Assembly (NCBI GenBank): GCA_045613165.1
Contig: JAZLAK010000018.1
Location: 1 to 48,743 of the forward strand
Source: Bacilli bacterium
GTDB lineage: Bacteria; Bacillota_I; Bacilli_A; RF39; UBA660
DNA: 48,743 nt
Direction of reading: 5' to 3'
Part shown: one piece after another, positions 9,335 through 19,737 of the stretch
Numbering within the stretch: the stretch's first letter is position 1
How the letters are laid out: each line of letters starts with the position of its first letter
Program-made: the position numbers and the translations under genes
Notes under the pieces: generated by a model
What the model was told of the DNA's origin: nothing
Database searches by the model: none
The model's input: only the letters and a program-made list of their open reading frames with translations

Positions 9335-10090
9335 TTAATATCTAAATAATATTTTTAAAACTTGATTAATTGTATTCATATTTAAAAATACAATTAATAA
9401 ACTACTTACCAAAAATGGTCCAAACGGTAACATATTATCTTTATTTTTAAAAGTTATATACAAAGCATAAGGGAATGCTAAGAATGACGCTAATACAATA
9501 TAAATTATACCTAATTTAATTCCTACTAACATACCAGCTACAAAAGATAATTTAATATCTCCTCCACCTAATGCTTCTTGTTTAAATGCTAAATACCCAA
9601 ATAATCTAAGTAAATAAGCAACACCAAATATAACTAGTCCACTAACTAATGACATTAGCGCATTAATTATTCCAACATCATACCATTTTATTAAAAATAT
9701 AAGTATCGCGCTAACAACTAATGGACTATCATTTATAATCATATATTTAGAATCACTTACAAATATTATAATAACTAAACTAGCAACAATAACTGCTAAA
9801 AAGAAATTTGGAGTTATTCCAAAAACTTTATAACACAAAGCAAATAAAGCTCCACTTAATAATTCCATTAAGAAATATATTGAACCAATTGGTTCTTTAC
9901 ATTTCTTACATAAACCACCTAATAATATATAACTTAATATTGGAATATTTTCATACCATTTTAATACGTGTCCGCACTTTTCACAATGACTACCAGGTTT
10001 AACTATAGATCTCTCCTCTGGTAATCTAGTACCAACAACCCCATAAAATGAACCAAATATAGCACCAATAATAAATATTAAATATAACAT
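9335..10090 (-). CDS. prepilin peptidase (A24 family, PilD/ComC-type)
   Basis: N-terminal Cys pairs (CEKCGH...CKKCKE), a polytopic membrane body, and the GGGDIKL catalytic Asp motif. Confidence 0.85.
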   Translation of the reverse strand: MLYLIFIIGAIFGSFYGVVGTRLPEERSIVKPGSHCEKCGHVLKWYENIPILSYILLGGLCKKCKEPIGSIYFLMELLSGALFALCYKVFGITPNFFLAVIVASLVIIIFVSDSKYMIINDSPLVVSAILIFLIKWYDVGIINALMSLVSGLVIFGVAYLLRLFGYLAFKQEALGGGDIKLSFVAGMLVGIKLGIIYIVLASFLAFPYALYITFKNKDNMLPFGPFLVSSLLIVFLNMNTINQVLKILFRY

Positions 10091-10098
10091 AAAACCAC

Positions 10099-11724
10099 CT
10101 AACTTATTTGTCCATATAAACTAAACATTGGAATTATAACAGACAATACTACACCACCAACTACAACTGCTAAGAAAACAATCATTAATGGTTCTATTAA
10201 AGATTTTAATGAATTTATTATATTTTTATGTTCTTCTTGATAATAAACACTAACTTTACTCATCATTTCAGCAAGTTCTCCAGTAGATTCACCTGTAACT
10301 ATCATATAATAAGCAACATCTGGAATAGCCCAATTATCTTTAAAGCTTGTACTTATTTTCTCACCAACGGCAATATTATTTATAGTATTAAACATTATTT
10401 CTTTATATATTTCATTATTTGTAATTTTTGTTAATATTTCAATACTATCAGTAATAAATACATTATTCTTTAGTAATGAAGAAAATGTTTTAGTAAATAT
10501 AGTCATTTCATTATAAATTATAATATTACCAAATAATGGCAACTTCATAGCAAAATTTTGTAAACCATGTTTAACTAATTTAACATTTTTATATAAATAA
10601 ACTATTATCATTACAACAATACATATTCCTAAAATAATATACATTATATTACTTTTTAAGAAATCACTCGCTGCTAATACAAATAGTGTTAGCCCATTTA
10701 ATTCAACACCTGCTGATTCATATATTCCTTGGAATTGAGGTACAACATAAATCAAGATAAATGTTACAACCGCTATAGAGAAAATCATAACTGCTGTTGG
10801 ATAAGTTAAAGCACTTATCATTTGTTTACGAGTAGCCTCTATTTCATTATAGTAATTAGACATATCATCTAAAGTTTCTTCTAATTCTCCAGTTGCTTCT
10901 GCTGCTTTTATCATATTAACAAGTAATGATGGAAAAGCACTACCTTGCTTATCTAAAGCTTCACTAAAACTTTCTCCCATTATTAATTGATAAACTATTG
11001 CATCAAACAATCTTTTTTTATACGGATCTTTTTTACCCATTTGCATTCCTAAAATTCTCATGGAATCAGTTAAAGGAATACCACTTTTCAAATATGTTGA
11101 TAATTGTGTCAACCAAAATATTAAATCCTTAGTTTTTAATCTACGTTTTGCAAATTGTTTTTGTCCATACAATAATTCTATATATTTATTTGTCTCTAAC
11201 TTATAAACAGTATAACCTTCAGACTCTAAAAAATTAAAAACTTCTTGCTTAGTAAATGCAACTAAATAACCAATTGTATCATGACCTTCACTATCCTTAG
11301 CTTGATATCTATATGTATTAGGATATTCAGTTCTTACACTATCTTGTTTATTTATTTCATTAAGTAAAATATCTCTTTCTTTAAGTTTTCTATCATTTAA
11401 TTTCTTTTGCTTTAAAGTTTCTTCTTTTTTTAATTTCTTTACTTCTGATTTTTTCAAAGCTTGAGATTCTTTCAATTCTTTATTCTTTTTAATTTTATCA
11501 TCAATAGAATCCATCTCTAAATTAACTGCTTTTATTACTTCTTTCTTATCTTTCTTTCTCTTAGTCTCAGCATAACCTTTATATACTGAAGAAGAAAATA
11601 AATTATATATAAATACAAATGGATAACCCATTGCATACATTGTATAATAACATCCTAAACAAAAGTATTTAAAAGGAGACAATAACATTTTAAACAAATT
11701 ATTATTTTTTTTATTCTTTGCCAT
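10099..11724 (-). CDS. type II secretion system F family platform protein (PilC/TadBC-like) with ~135 aa N-terminal extension
   Basis: Two T2SSF repeats (LTQLSTYLKSGIPLTDSMRIL and TKTFSSLLKNNVFITDSIEIL). The canonical PilC N-terminus (YRYQAKDSEGHDTIGYL...) starts only near residue 137. Confidence 0.8.
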   Translation of the reverse strand: MAKNKKNNNLFKMLLSPFKYFCLGCYYTMYAMGYPFVFIYNLFSSSVYKGYAETKRKKDKKEVIKAVNLEMDSIDDKIKKNKELKESQALKKSEVKKLKKEETLKQKKLNDRKLKERDILLNEINKQDSVRTEYPNTYRYQAKDSEGHDTIGYLVAFTKQEVFNFLESEGYTVYKLETNKYIELLYGQKQFAKRRLKTKDLIFWLTQLSTYLKSGIPLTDSMRILGMQMGKKDPYKKRLFDAIVYQLIMGESFSEALDKQGSAFPSLLVNMIKAAEATGELEETLDDMSNYYNEIEATRKQMISALTYPTAVMIFSIAVVTFILIYVVPQFQGIYESAGVELNGLTLFVLAASDFLKSNIMYIILGICIVVMIIVYLYKNVKLVKHGLQNFAMKLPLFGNIIIYNEMTIFTKTFSSLLKNNVFITDSIEILTKITNNEIYKEIMFNTINNIAVGEKISTSFKDNWAIPDVAYYMIVTGESTGELAEMMSKVSVYYQEEHKNIINSLKSLIEPLMIVFLAVVVGGVVLSVIIPMFSLYGQIS

Positions 11725-11827
11725 ACATATTCTCCTTCTATTCTAACATTTTAATTATAACATATATTACACAATAACTGTCAATTATTTTTAATATTTA
11801 CATATAATTAAATGAGCGTGATCTTTT

Positions 11828-12124
11828 ATGAATAATGGAACATCTTTATCAAAAATATTAAATGGAATAAATAGTACTCTTAATATAGCTAATAAAGCAA
11901 TACCTCTATATCAACAAACAAAACCTATGATAAAAACAGTAAAACAAACTTACAATACTATAAAAAATAATAAAAATGATTTATCTAATATGATTAAATT
12001 AATGAAAGTAAAAAATGCTATAAAAAAAGATATGTCCAATAAAACTAATGTAATCCAACAACCTACTAAACAAACTACCAACTCAACTTATTCAAATATA
12101 AATAATCCAAAATTTTTCATATAA
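11828..12124 (+). CDS. hypothetical small protein (possibly YqfQ/VrrA-like)
   Basis: 98 aa, N/K/T-rich. LSKILNGINSTLNIANKAIPLYQQTKPMIKTV loosely recalls YqfQ-type proteins. Weak call. Confidence 0.35.
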   Translation: MNNGTSLSKILNGINSTLNIANKAIPLYQQTKPMIKTVKQTYNTIKNNKNDLSNMIKLMKVKNAIKKDMSNKTNVIQQPTKQTTNSTYSNINNPKFFI

Positions 12125-12155
12125 AAAAGATTAGAATTAAACTAATTCTAATCTT
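12121..12155 (-). terminator. rho-independent terminator of the alpha operon
   Basis: 12 bp stem aagattagaatt / aattctaatctt overlapping the rplQ stop, followed on the minus strand by a T-run. Confidence 0.6.
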
Positions 12156-12478
12156 ACCATTAAAGCATCGTCTCCGATTCTTTCTTTTAATTTAATAATA
12201 CGAGTATATCCTCCATTACGATCAGCATATTTTGGAGCTAATTCGTTAAATACTTTATTAACAACATCTTTATCATTATGTAAGAAAGCTAATGCTTGTC
12301 TTCTAGATATTAAAGTACCTTTTTTTCCATAAGTAACCATTTTATCAACAAACTTACGAGCTTCTTTAGCTCTAGCTTCAGTTGTTACAACATATCCATG
12401 ATTAATTACATCTTTAGTTAAACCAGCTAAAATGCTTCTTCTAATACGGGATTCTCTTCCTAATTTTCTATATGCCAT
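12137..12478 (-). CDS. rplQ: 50S ribosomal protein L17
   Basis: MAYRKLGRESRIRRSIL... The start was moved to the third Met because the AAGGAG SD lies 9 nt upstream of it. Confidence 0.95.
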   Translation of the reverse strand: MAYRKLGRESRIRRSILAGLTKDVINHGYVVTTEARAKEARKFVDKMVTYGKKGTLISRRQALAFLHNDKDVVNKVFNELAPKYADRNGGYTRIIKLKERIGDDALMVRLELV

Positions 12479-12491
12479 AATCATTCACTCC

Positions 12492-13433
12492 TTAATCACG
12501 GAACTTAAGTCCCATTTCTTTTACTTTATCTAAAACTTCTTTTAGAGATTTCTTTCCTAAATTACGTATTTTAGTTACTTCAACTTCTTTTTTATCAATT
12601 AAATCTTGCATTGTATTAATACCAGCTCTTTTTAAGCAGTTATATGCTCTAACGCTAAATTCAATTTCTTCAATTGGAGTTTCTAAAGTTTTTGTAATTG
12701 TATCTACCTTTTTCTCAGCTATGATACCAGTAATATCTGAAATTTGATTTAAATCTGCTACTATATTTAAGTGTTCAATTAATATTTTACTTGATAAAGC
12801 CATAGCTTCTTCAGGAGTAATTGAACCATTTGTATAAACATCCATTATTAATTTATCAAAATTTTCATTTTGTCCAACACGAGCACTTTCAACTTCATAA
12901 GATACTCTTTCAATTGGTGAATATAATGAATCTATAGGAATAACACCAACACTAGCATTATCTAATAATTCTTTATTTTGTTTTGCATCAACATATCCAC
13001 GACCACAACCAACAGTCATTTCTATATCAATTTTACCACCTTCAACTAAGTTACAAATAACTAAGTCTGGATTAATAATTTCTATATCAGCATCATGTTC
13101 TATCATACCAGCAGTAACAACACCTTCTGTATTAGCTACTAATCTCATTGTTTTATTTTCTTTAGTATGATTTTTTAAAACTAAGCTTTTTAAATTGATA
13201 ATAATTGTTGTTACATCTTCTCTAATTCCATCAATTTTTTGGAATTCATGTAATACACCATCAATTTTAACACTTGTTATTGCACTTCCAGGTAAACTAG
13301 AAAGCATAACTCTTCTTAATGCATTTCCAATAGTAGTACCAAATCCTCTTTCAAGAGGTTCTAATTCAAATCTTCCATAACTATTTTTTTCAACATATTC
13401 AGTTATTTTATATTCTGGTTTTTCAAAATTCAT
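12492..13433 (-). CDS. rpoA: DNA-directed RNA polymerase subunit alpha
   Basis: 313 aa. GTTIGNALRRVMLSSLPG and the C-terminal domain SVRAYNCLKRAGI. Confidence 0.96.
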   Translation of the reverse strand: MNFEKPEYKITEYVEKNSYGRFELEPLERGFGTTIGNALRRVMLSSLPGSAITSVKIDGVLHEFQKIDGIREDVTTIIINLKSLVLKNHTKENKTMRLVANTEGVVTAGMIEHDADIEIINPDLVICNLVEGGKIDIEMTVGCGRGYVDAKQNKELLDNASVGVIPIDSLYSPIERVSYEVESARVGQNENFDKLIMDVYTNGSITPEEAMALSSKILIEHLNIVADLNQISDITGIIAEKKVDTITKTLETPIEEIEFSVRAYNCLKRAGINTMQDLIDKKEVEVTKIRNLGKKSLKEVLDKVKEMGLKFRD

Positions 13434-13445
13434 AACTTTTCCTCC

Positions 13446-13829
13446 TTAATTTCTTGGACGTTTAGGTGGTCTACAACCATTATGTGGAACTGGTGTTTCA
13501 TCATTTATTGCTGTAATTTCAAGTCCAGCAGCTTGTAATGAACGAATAGCATTTTCTCTTCCGCCACCCATTCCTCTAACGAATACTTCAACTTTTTTAA
13601 CTCCAGCTTCTCCTGCAGCACGACCAGCTTGTTCAGCAGCCATTCCAGCAGCAAATGGAGTTTTCTTTTTAGAACCTTTATAACCAATTGTACCAGCAGA
13701 AGCCCAACTAATTACATTACCTTCAACATCTGTAATTGATACAACAGTATTATTATATGTTGAATGAATATGTGCTTGACCTTCTGGAATATTTTTCTTT
13801 ACTTTTCTTTTTCTTCTATTATAAGCCAT
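13446..13829 (-). CDS. rpsK: 30S ribosomal protein S11
   Basis: Sequence and operon position ([18 protein letters not shown]...). Confidence 0.96.
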   Translation of the reverse strand: MAYNRRKRKVKKNIPEGQAHIHSTYNNTVVSITDVEGNVISWASAGTIGYKGSKKKTPFAAGMAAEQAGRAAGEAGVKKVEVFVRGMGGGRENAIRSLQAAGLEITAINDETPVPHNGCRPPKRPRN

Positions 13830-13848
13830 AATTCTTTCCTCCTATTTA

Positions 13849-14223
13849 CTACTTACCAACTTTTTTCTTGTTAGCAACTACTTTTCCTCTACCTTTACGA
13901 GTTCTAGCGTTTCTACTAGTTCTTTGTCCACGAACTGGTAAACCTTTTTTATGTCTAATACCTTCGTAAGAACCAATTTCCATTTTATTTTTAATATTCA
14001 TATTTACTTCACGACGAAGTTCACCTTCAACTAAATATTTGTCAACTTCTTTTCTTAAAGCATTTTCTTCAGCTTCTGTTAAATCAGCAACTTTTTTACC
14101 ACATTCAACTTTAGCATCATTACAAATAGTTTCAGCTAAACTTCTACCAATACCATAAATACGAGTAAGTCCAGTTTGAATATTTTTATCTTTTGGTAAT
14201 TCAATATTTTTAATACGTGCCAT
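13849..14223 (-). CDS. rpsM: 30S ribosomal protein S13
   Basis: [13 protein letters not shown]...LTRIYGIG. Confidence 0.96.
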   Translation of the reverse strand: MARIKNIELPKDKNIQTGLTRIYGIGRSLAETICNDAKVECGKKVADLTEAEENALRKEVDKYLVEGELRREVNMNIKNKMEIGSYEGIRHKKGLPVRGQRTSRNARTRKGRGKVVANKKKVGK

Positions 14224-14235
14224 ATTTACCTCCTA

Positions 14236-14349
14236 TTAACCTTGTCTTTGTTTGTGTTTTGGATTTTCACAAATTACCATAACTTTACCTTTTCTTCTAA
14301 TAATTCTACATTTAGCACAAATTTTCTTTACTGATGGTCTAACCTTCAT
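14236..14349 (-). CDS. rpmJ: 50S ribosomal protein L36
   Basis: Not in the ORF track because it is under 60 aa. My own translation is [37 protein letters not shown]. It lies between infA and rpsM. Confidence 0.93.
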   Translation of the reverse strand: MKVRPSVKKICAKCRIIRRKGKVMVICENPKHKQRQG

Positions 14350-14358
14350 TTAAATCTC

Positions 14359-14574
14359 CTACTTTCCTCTATAAGTTATACGCCCACGTGTTATATCATA
14401 AGGTGAAAGCTCTACTGTAACTCTATCACCTGGTAAGACACGAATCATATTCATTCGCATTTTACCAGAAACGTGAGCCATTACAATAGAACCGTTATCC
14501 AATTCTACTTTATAATCATCTTTTATAGCATCTATTACTTTACCTTCGAATTCTAACGTAGCTTCTTTAGCCAT
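14359..14574 (-). CDS. infA: translation initiation factor IF-1
   Basis: 71 aa S1-like protein ([16 protein letters not shown]). Confidence 0.95.
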   Translation of the reverse strand: MAKEATLEFEGKVIDAIKDDYKVELDNGSIVMAHVSGKMRMNMIRVLPGDRVTVELSPYDITRGRITYRGK

Positions 14575-14577
14575 TGT

Positions 14578-15324
14578 TCACTCTCCTGTTAATATTTCAT
14601 ATCCATCATCACGAACAACTATTGTATGTTCAAAATGTGCACTCGGTTTATTATCACGAGTTACAATAGTCCAATCGTCTTCAAGGACATATATTTTTCT
14701 GGTTCCTAGATTTAACATTGGTTCAACTGCCAATGTCATTCCAGATTTTAATGTTAATCCTGTATTATACTTTCCATAATTGGGAACATCAGGTTCTTCA
14801 TGAAGTGAAGTACCAATTCCATGTCCAACTAATTCTTGTACAACACCAAGATTATGTTTTTTTGCATATTGTTCAATTCTTGCTCCTATATTACCTAACT
14901 TAGCACCATCTTTGATTTCTTTCAAACCAACAAATAACGCTTTTTCAGTATGATGTAATAAGTATTCTTTTTCTTTGCTTATTTTTCCTACTGGATAAGT
15001 CCAAGCAGAATCACTATGATAACCATCTTTAACTACTCCAATATCTATCGAAACAATATCTCCCTCATTAAGTACTCTTTTACCAGGTATACCATGAACT
15101 ATTTCTTCATTAACTGATATACAAACACTTTTAGGAAAATCATACATATTTAGAAAACCAGGCTCAGCACCATGACTTCTTATAAATTTATCTGCTTCTT
15201 CATTTAAATACTCAGTAGTAATTCCCGGTTTAATTAATGACTTCAAATATTGATGAGTCAAATAATTAATATGACCGGCTTCTTTCATCTTAACGATTTC
15301 AGCTTCACTTTTAATAGTTACCAT
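14578..15324 (-). CDS. map: type I methionine aminopeptidase
   Basis: 248 aa with metal ligands in DIGVVKDGYHSDSA, HGIG and EPM. Ends in a TGA stop. Confidence 0.95.
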   Translation of the reverse strand: MVTIKSEAEIVKMKEAGHINYLTHQYLKSLIKPGITTEYLNEEADKFIRSHGAEPGFLNMYDFPKSVCISVNEEIVHGIPGKRVLNEGDIVSIDIGVVKDGYHSDSAWTYPVGKISKEKEYLLHHTEKALFVGLKEIKDGAKLGNIGARIEQYAKKHNLGVVQELVGHGIGTSLHEEPDVPNYGKYNTGLTLKSGMTLAVEPMLNLGTRKIYVLEDDWTIVTRDNKPSAHFEHTIVVRDDGYEILTGE

Positions 15325-15968
15325 TACAATATCACTTTCTTTACTTCTTCAAATGTTTCATTTGGAGTATTAACTTTATCAATTATTACTAATAAACCAT
15401 TCGATTTATAATAATCTAATAAAGGTTGTGTTTGATTTATATAAGTATCAAATCTAATCTTAAATGATTCTTCATTATCATCACTTCGACCAATTAATTC
15501 TATACCACAATCATCACAAATATTTGTAACTTTAGGCATCTTTTCGTTTATATACTTATTATAAATCTTATTACATTTAGGACAACTAATACGTCCTAAT
15601 GCTCTTTTCATTGCTGTTTCACTATCTACATTTAAATATATAACAGCATCTATACTTAAATTTAATGAATTTAATACATTCTCTAATATGTTAGCTTGTT
15701 CAATATTTCTTGGATATCCATCTAATATAAATGGTCCATCAATACTTGATAATTTATCTCTTAGTAATTCAGTAACAATATCATCATCAACAAATTTACC
15801 TTGACTCAATAAGTCTTTAATATAATTACCTAACTCACTACCATCATTTTGTTTTGAACGTAATAAATCACCTGTAGATATATGATTATAACCAAATTCA
15901 CTTACTAATAATTCACTTTGAGTTCCTTTGCCAGCAGCTGGAGGCGCAATGAAAATAATGTTTTTCAT
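15324..15968 (-). CDS. adk: adenylate kinase
   Basis: P-loop APPAAGKGTQ and a zinc lid CPKC...CDDCG. Confidence 0.95.
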   Translation of the reverse strand: MKNIIFIAPPAAGKGTQSELLVSEFGYNHISTGDLLRSKQNDGSELGNYIKDLLSQGKFVDDDIVTELLRDKLSSIDGPFILDGYPRNIEQANILENVLNSLNLSIDAVIYLNVDSETAMKRALGRISCPKCNKIYNKYINEKMPKVTNICDDCGIELIGRSDDNEESFKIRFDTYINQTQPLLDYYKSNGLLVIIDKVNTPNETFEEVKKVIL

Positions 15969-17236
15969 TATCTTCTGCGTCTCTTTCTACTACCTTTGTA
16001 ACTTCTACTAACAATTGAACTTTCTAATTGTTTATAAGTTTCTAATGCAACACCAACAACTATTAATAATCCAGTACCACCTAAAGTAACTGTATTTGAT
16101 AAATGTGGTATTTTACTCATTAATATTGGTAATGCAGCTAAAACAATTAAGAATAATGAACCAACTACAGTAAGTTTAGTTATAACACTCTTTAAATAAG
16201 CAGCAGTTTTTTCACCAGGTTTAACACCAGGGATATAACTTCTATTCTTATCTAAATTTTCACTCATTTCTTCAGGATTTAATTCCATTAATGTATATAC
16301 ATATCCAAAAATGAATATTAATGCTATATAAAGAATAAATCCTGTAAAACTTGTATAATTAATATAATTATTAATAAAATTTTTAAATGCTTCGTTATTT
16401 ATAACTTGAGCTACCAATGAAGGTATACCTACAAATGCAGAAGCAAATATTACAGGCATAACACCAGCACTATTCAACTTAATAGGAATATAAGATTGTT
16501 CAGCGTTATATGAACTACTTGTTCTATTACTATATTGAATTGGAATTCTTCTTTGAGCTGTTTCAATGAAAATTACTCCAACAATAATTAGTACATATAC
16601 TATAACGAATAGAATAAATAAACTTGTACCAGCCATTGTACTAAAATTACCAGCTAATACTAAATCATTAAATGCTGTTATAAACATACCTGGTAAAGCT
16701 TGTACTATACCCGCCATGATTATCAAAGACATACCATTTCCAATACCCTTATTTGTAACTTCATCAGCAAGCCATATTAATAATGAACTTCCTGCAGTTA
16801 ATATTAGAGTTGTCTTTAAAACTGTTAAAGACCCCATACCTTTCAAATAAGCATAACTGAATAAATATCCTTGAAGAAAAGCAAATAATATTCCTAAATA
16901 TCTATTAATTCTATTAATCTTTTGTCTTCCTGTTGCCCCTTGTTCTTTTAATTCTTTAAAATATGGTAATATATCCATTTGTAATAATTGAGTTATGATT
17001 GATGCAGAAATATAAGGTCCTACACCTAACGCAAATATTGAAAATGATTTTAAACTACCACCACTCATAAGACTTAAAAGTTCTAAGAACCCTAAATCAC
17101 TTGTGATTGCCTTAGCACCTGGAACTATTATATTAGTACCAAGTATAAATGTAGCCAAAACAGCTAAAGTGAATAGAATTCTTTTTCTTAAATCTTTATT
17201 ATTAGGACTAAATAGCCCCTTAAGATTAGAAAACAT
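15968..17236 (-). CDS. secY: preprotein translocase subunit SecY
   Basis: 422 aa, 10-TM pattern, at the expected spc operon position. Confidence 0.95.
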   Translation of the reverse strand: MFSNLKGLFSPNNKDLRKRILFTLAVLATFILGTNIIVPGAKAITSDLGFLELLSLMSGGSLKSFSIFALGVGPYISASIITQLLQMDILPYFKELKEQGATGRQKINRINRYLGILFAFLQGYLFSYAYLKGMGSLTVLKTTLILTAGSSLLIWLADEVTNKGIGNGMSLIIMAGIVQALPGMFITAFNDLVLAGNFSTMAGTSLFILFVIVYVLIIVGVIFIETAQRRIPIQYSNRTSSSYNAEQSYIPIKLNSAGVMPVIFASAFVGIPSLVAQVINNEAFKNFINNYINYTSFTGFILYIALIFIFGYVYTLMELNPEEMSENLDKNRSYIPGVKPGEKTAAYLKSVITKLTVVGSLFLIVLAALPILMSKIPHLSNTVTLGGTGLLIVVGVALETYKQLESSIVSRSYKGSRKRRRR

Positions 17237-17676
17237 TAAATCACCTCAGCAGTTCCGCCAGCACTCTCTATCTTAGTTACAGCAGCACTAGAGAATCTAT
17301 GAGCTTTAACTGTAACTTTCTTTTCTAATGTACCATTACCTAGTACTTTAATTCCACATAATTGTTTTTTAACAATACCTTTTTCTTTTAAAACTTCAGG
17401 AGTAATAACATCCCCATCATTGAATTTATTTAAATCACTTAAATTGATTGTAGCAAATTCAGTTCTAAATCTAGCATTATTAAATCCTCTTTTTGGAATT
17501 CTTCTATATAATGGGCTTTGTCCACCTTCAAACCAAGCTGAAATACTAGCACCACTTCTAGATTTTTGACCATTTTCTCCACGAGTTGAAGTTTTACCCA
17601 TTCCTGAACCTGGTCCACGTCCAACTCTTTTTCTTGACTTAGCTTCAGGAGTTTTACATAAATTTTCTAACTTCAT
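17236..17676 (-). CDS. rplO: 50S ribosomal protein L15
   Basis: GRGPGSGMGKTSTRGENGQKSRSG. The start was set at MKLENL, where a GAGGAG SD lies upstream. The 13-codon extension in the ORF track overlaps rpsE. Confidence 0.93.
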   Translation of the reverse strand: MKLENLCKTPEAKSRKRVGRGPGSGMGKTSTRGENGQKSRSGASISAWFEGGQSPLYRRIPKRGFNNARFRTEFATINLSDLNKFNDGDVITPEVLKEKGIVKKQLCGIKVLGNGTLEKKVTVKAHRFSSAAVTKIESAGGTAEVI

Positions 17677-17677
17677 A

Positions 17678-18187
17678 CTATAACTCCTCAACTTTCTTTC
17701 CACGTAATTCTGCAATGTGTTCTGCAGTACGTTCTGATTTTAAAGCTTCTAATGTAGCTTTTGCCATATTAATTTTTGTATTAGAACCAAGTGATTTAGA
17801 TACTATATCTTTAATACCAGCTAATTCTAAAATAACACGAACAGCACCACCAGCTATAACACCAGTACCTTCTTTTGCAGGTTTAATTAAAACTCTAGCT
17901 TTTCCACATTCTCCAATTGCATCATGTGGTATAGTTCTATTATCAACGATAGCAACTTTGCATAGATTTTTATTTGCTGCTTGGATACCTTTTTTAATAG
18001 CTTCTGGAACTTCGTTAGCTTTACCTGTTCCAATTCCAACAAGTCCTTTTCCATCTCCTACAGCCATTGTAGCAGAGAAACGGAAATGACGACCTCCCTT
18101 AGTAACTTTAGTTACACGAGAGATAGAAACAACTCTTTCTTCAAGAAGTTTCTTTTTAGAGTCCATATTTTTTTCTTGTCTTGCCAT
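17678..18187 (-). CDS. rpsE: 30S ribosomal protein S5
   Basis: Sequence ([21 protein letters not shown]) and position. Confidence 0.96.
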   Translation of the reverse strand: MARQEKNMDSKKKLLEERVVSISRVTKVTKGGRHFRFSATMAVGDGKGLVGIGTGKANEVPEAIKKGIQAANKNLCKVAIVDNRTIPHDAIGECGKARVLIKPAKEGTGVIAGGAVRVILELAGIKDIVSKSLGSNTKINMAKATLEALKSERTAEHIAELRGKKVEEL

Positions 18188-18202
18188 AAACTATCCTCCC
18201 AC

Positions 18203-18559
18203 TTAAAATTCTAATCCATTTTCACGTGCAGCGTCAGCTAAAGCTTCTACACGTCCATGATATTGGTATCCACCTCTATCAAATACTACTTTAGTGATTC
18301 CAACTTTTTTAGCTTTTTCAGCTATGTCTTTACCAACTAATTTAGCACCTTCAACGTTTCCACCATTTTCAATCTTTAAACTTTGACTTGAAGAACTAAC
18401 TAAGGTAATTCCTTTTTCATCATCGATTAATTGAGCAAAAATGTTTGAATTAGATCTGAAAACGTTTAATCTTGGGCATGCTTCAGTACCAGCAACTTTA
18501 TTACGAACACGAGCATGTCTTATTTTTCTTTGTTCATTTCTTGATTCCTTCTTAATCAT
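18203..18559 (-). CDS. rplR: 50S ribosomal protein L18
   Basis: Sequence and position. Confidence 0.95.
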   Translation of the reverse strand: MIKKESRNEQRKIRHARVRNKVAGTEACPRLNVFRSNSNIFAQLIDDEKGITLVSSSSQSLKIENGGNVEGAKLVGKDIAEKAKKVGITKVVFDRGGYQYHGRVEALADAARENGLEF

Positions 18560-18576
18560 ACTTAAATCTCCTTACC

Positions 18577-19116
18577 TTATTTAGCAGCTTTCTTTCCTTC
18601 TTTACGTCTAATATGTTCACCCTTATATCTAATACCTTTACCTTTATATGGTTCTGGTTTTCTAAGTTTTCTTATATTAGCAGCAAATTCAGAAACTTTT
18701 TGCTTATCAATACCACTTATAGATATTTCTGTTGCATTTACTTGTTCAACAGTTAAATCAGCAGGAGCTTCAACAACAACTGGATGAGAGAAACCTGCAT
18801 TAACGTTGATTTTGTTTCCTTGAACATTAAATCTATAACCTACACCAACTATTTCTAATTCCTTTTTATATCCTTCACTAACACCAACAATCATGTTACT
18901 GATTAAAGCATTAGTTGTTCCATGTAAACTTTTAATAATTTTTAAATCGTTTGGTCTACTAATTTCTACAACATTTTCATTAACTGTTATAGTTAAATCT
19001 TTATTAAATTCATTACTTAATTCACCTTTAGGACCTTTAACAGTTACCACATTATTTTCTACAGTAACAGTAACTCCTGCAGGAATAGTAATTTTTCTAT
19101 TTCCTATTCTACTCAT
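18577..19116 (-). CDS. rplF: 50S ribosomal protein L6
   Basis: MSRIGNRKITIPAGVTV... Confidence 0.96.
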   Translation of the reverse strand: MSRIGNRKITIPAGVTVTVENNVVTVKGPKGELSNEFNKDLTITVNENVVEISRPNDLKIIKSLHGTTNALISNMIVGVSEGYKKELEIVGVGYRFNVQGNKINVNAGFSHPVVVEAPADLTVEQVNATEISISGIDKQKVSEFAANIRKLRKPEPYKGKGIRYKGEHIRRKEGKKAAK

Positions 19117-19128
19117 AGCACGTTTTCC

Positions 19129-19527
19129 TTACCAAATATAGGCAAGTACTTCTCCTCCTAGTTTTTGTTTTCTAGCATCTCTATCAGTCATAATTCCGTT
19201 AGAAGTAGAAATAATAGCAATTCCTAATCCATTTAAAACTCTAGGAAGTTCATCATGTTTAGCATATACTCTTAAACCAGATTTACTAATTCTTTTTAAT
19301 CCAGTTATAACTCTTTCTTTCTTACCTTCAGAATATTTAAGAGTTAATGTAATTGTATCACCATTAGTATTTTTTGAAACTTTATAATCACTAATATAAC
19401 CTTCTTCTTTCAATATTCTTGAAAGTTCTTCAGTCATTTTTGATCCTAAAACTTCAACAGTGTCATATTTCATTTGATTTGCATTACGAATTCTTGTAAG
19501 CATATCAGCTATTCTATCTTGTACCAT
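19129..19527 (-). CDS. rpsH: 30S ribosomal protein S8
   Basis: [14 protein letters not shown]... Confidence 0.96.
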   Translation of the reverse strand: MVQDRIADMLTRIRNANQMKYDTVEVLGSKMTEELSRILKEEGYISDYKVSKNTNGDTITLTLKYSEGKKERVITGLKRISKSGLRVYAKHDELPRVLNGLGIAIISTSNGIMTDRDARKQKLGGEVLAYIW

Positions 19528-19542
19528 AATTACCCTTCCTTT

Positions 19543-19728
19543 CTACCAACTAGCTTTTTTTACACCAGGTATTTGTCCTTGATTTGCAAGTTCTCTAAAA
19601 CAAATACGGCATAAACCAAATTTTCTTAATACTCCGTGAGGACGTCCACATCTTTCACAACGAGTATAAGCTCTAACCTTGAACTTAGGTGTACGTTTAT
19701 TTTTAACTTTCATACTTGTTCTTGCCAT
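19543..19728 (-). CDS. rpsN: 30S ribosomal protein S14 type Z (zinc-binding)
   Basis: 61 aa with a CxxC...CxxC zinc motif (CERCGRP...CRICFRE). Confidence 0.95.
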   Translation of the reverse strand: MARTSMKVKNKRTPKFKVRAYTRCERCGRPHGVLRKFGLCRICFRELANQGQIPGVKKASW

Positions 19729-19737
19729 AACCGTTAC

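Noticed and set aside
9808-10434. Plus-strand ORFs at 9808-10002 and 10228-10434
   Set aside because: Antisense within the prepilin peptidase and PilC-like genes.
17677-17715. 13-codon N-terminal extension of rplO in the ORF track ([13 protein letters not shown])
   Set aside because: It overlaps the rpsE coding end. The conserved L15 N-terminus, with a GAGGAG SD, starts at 17676.
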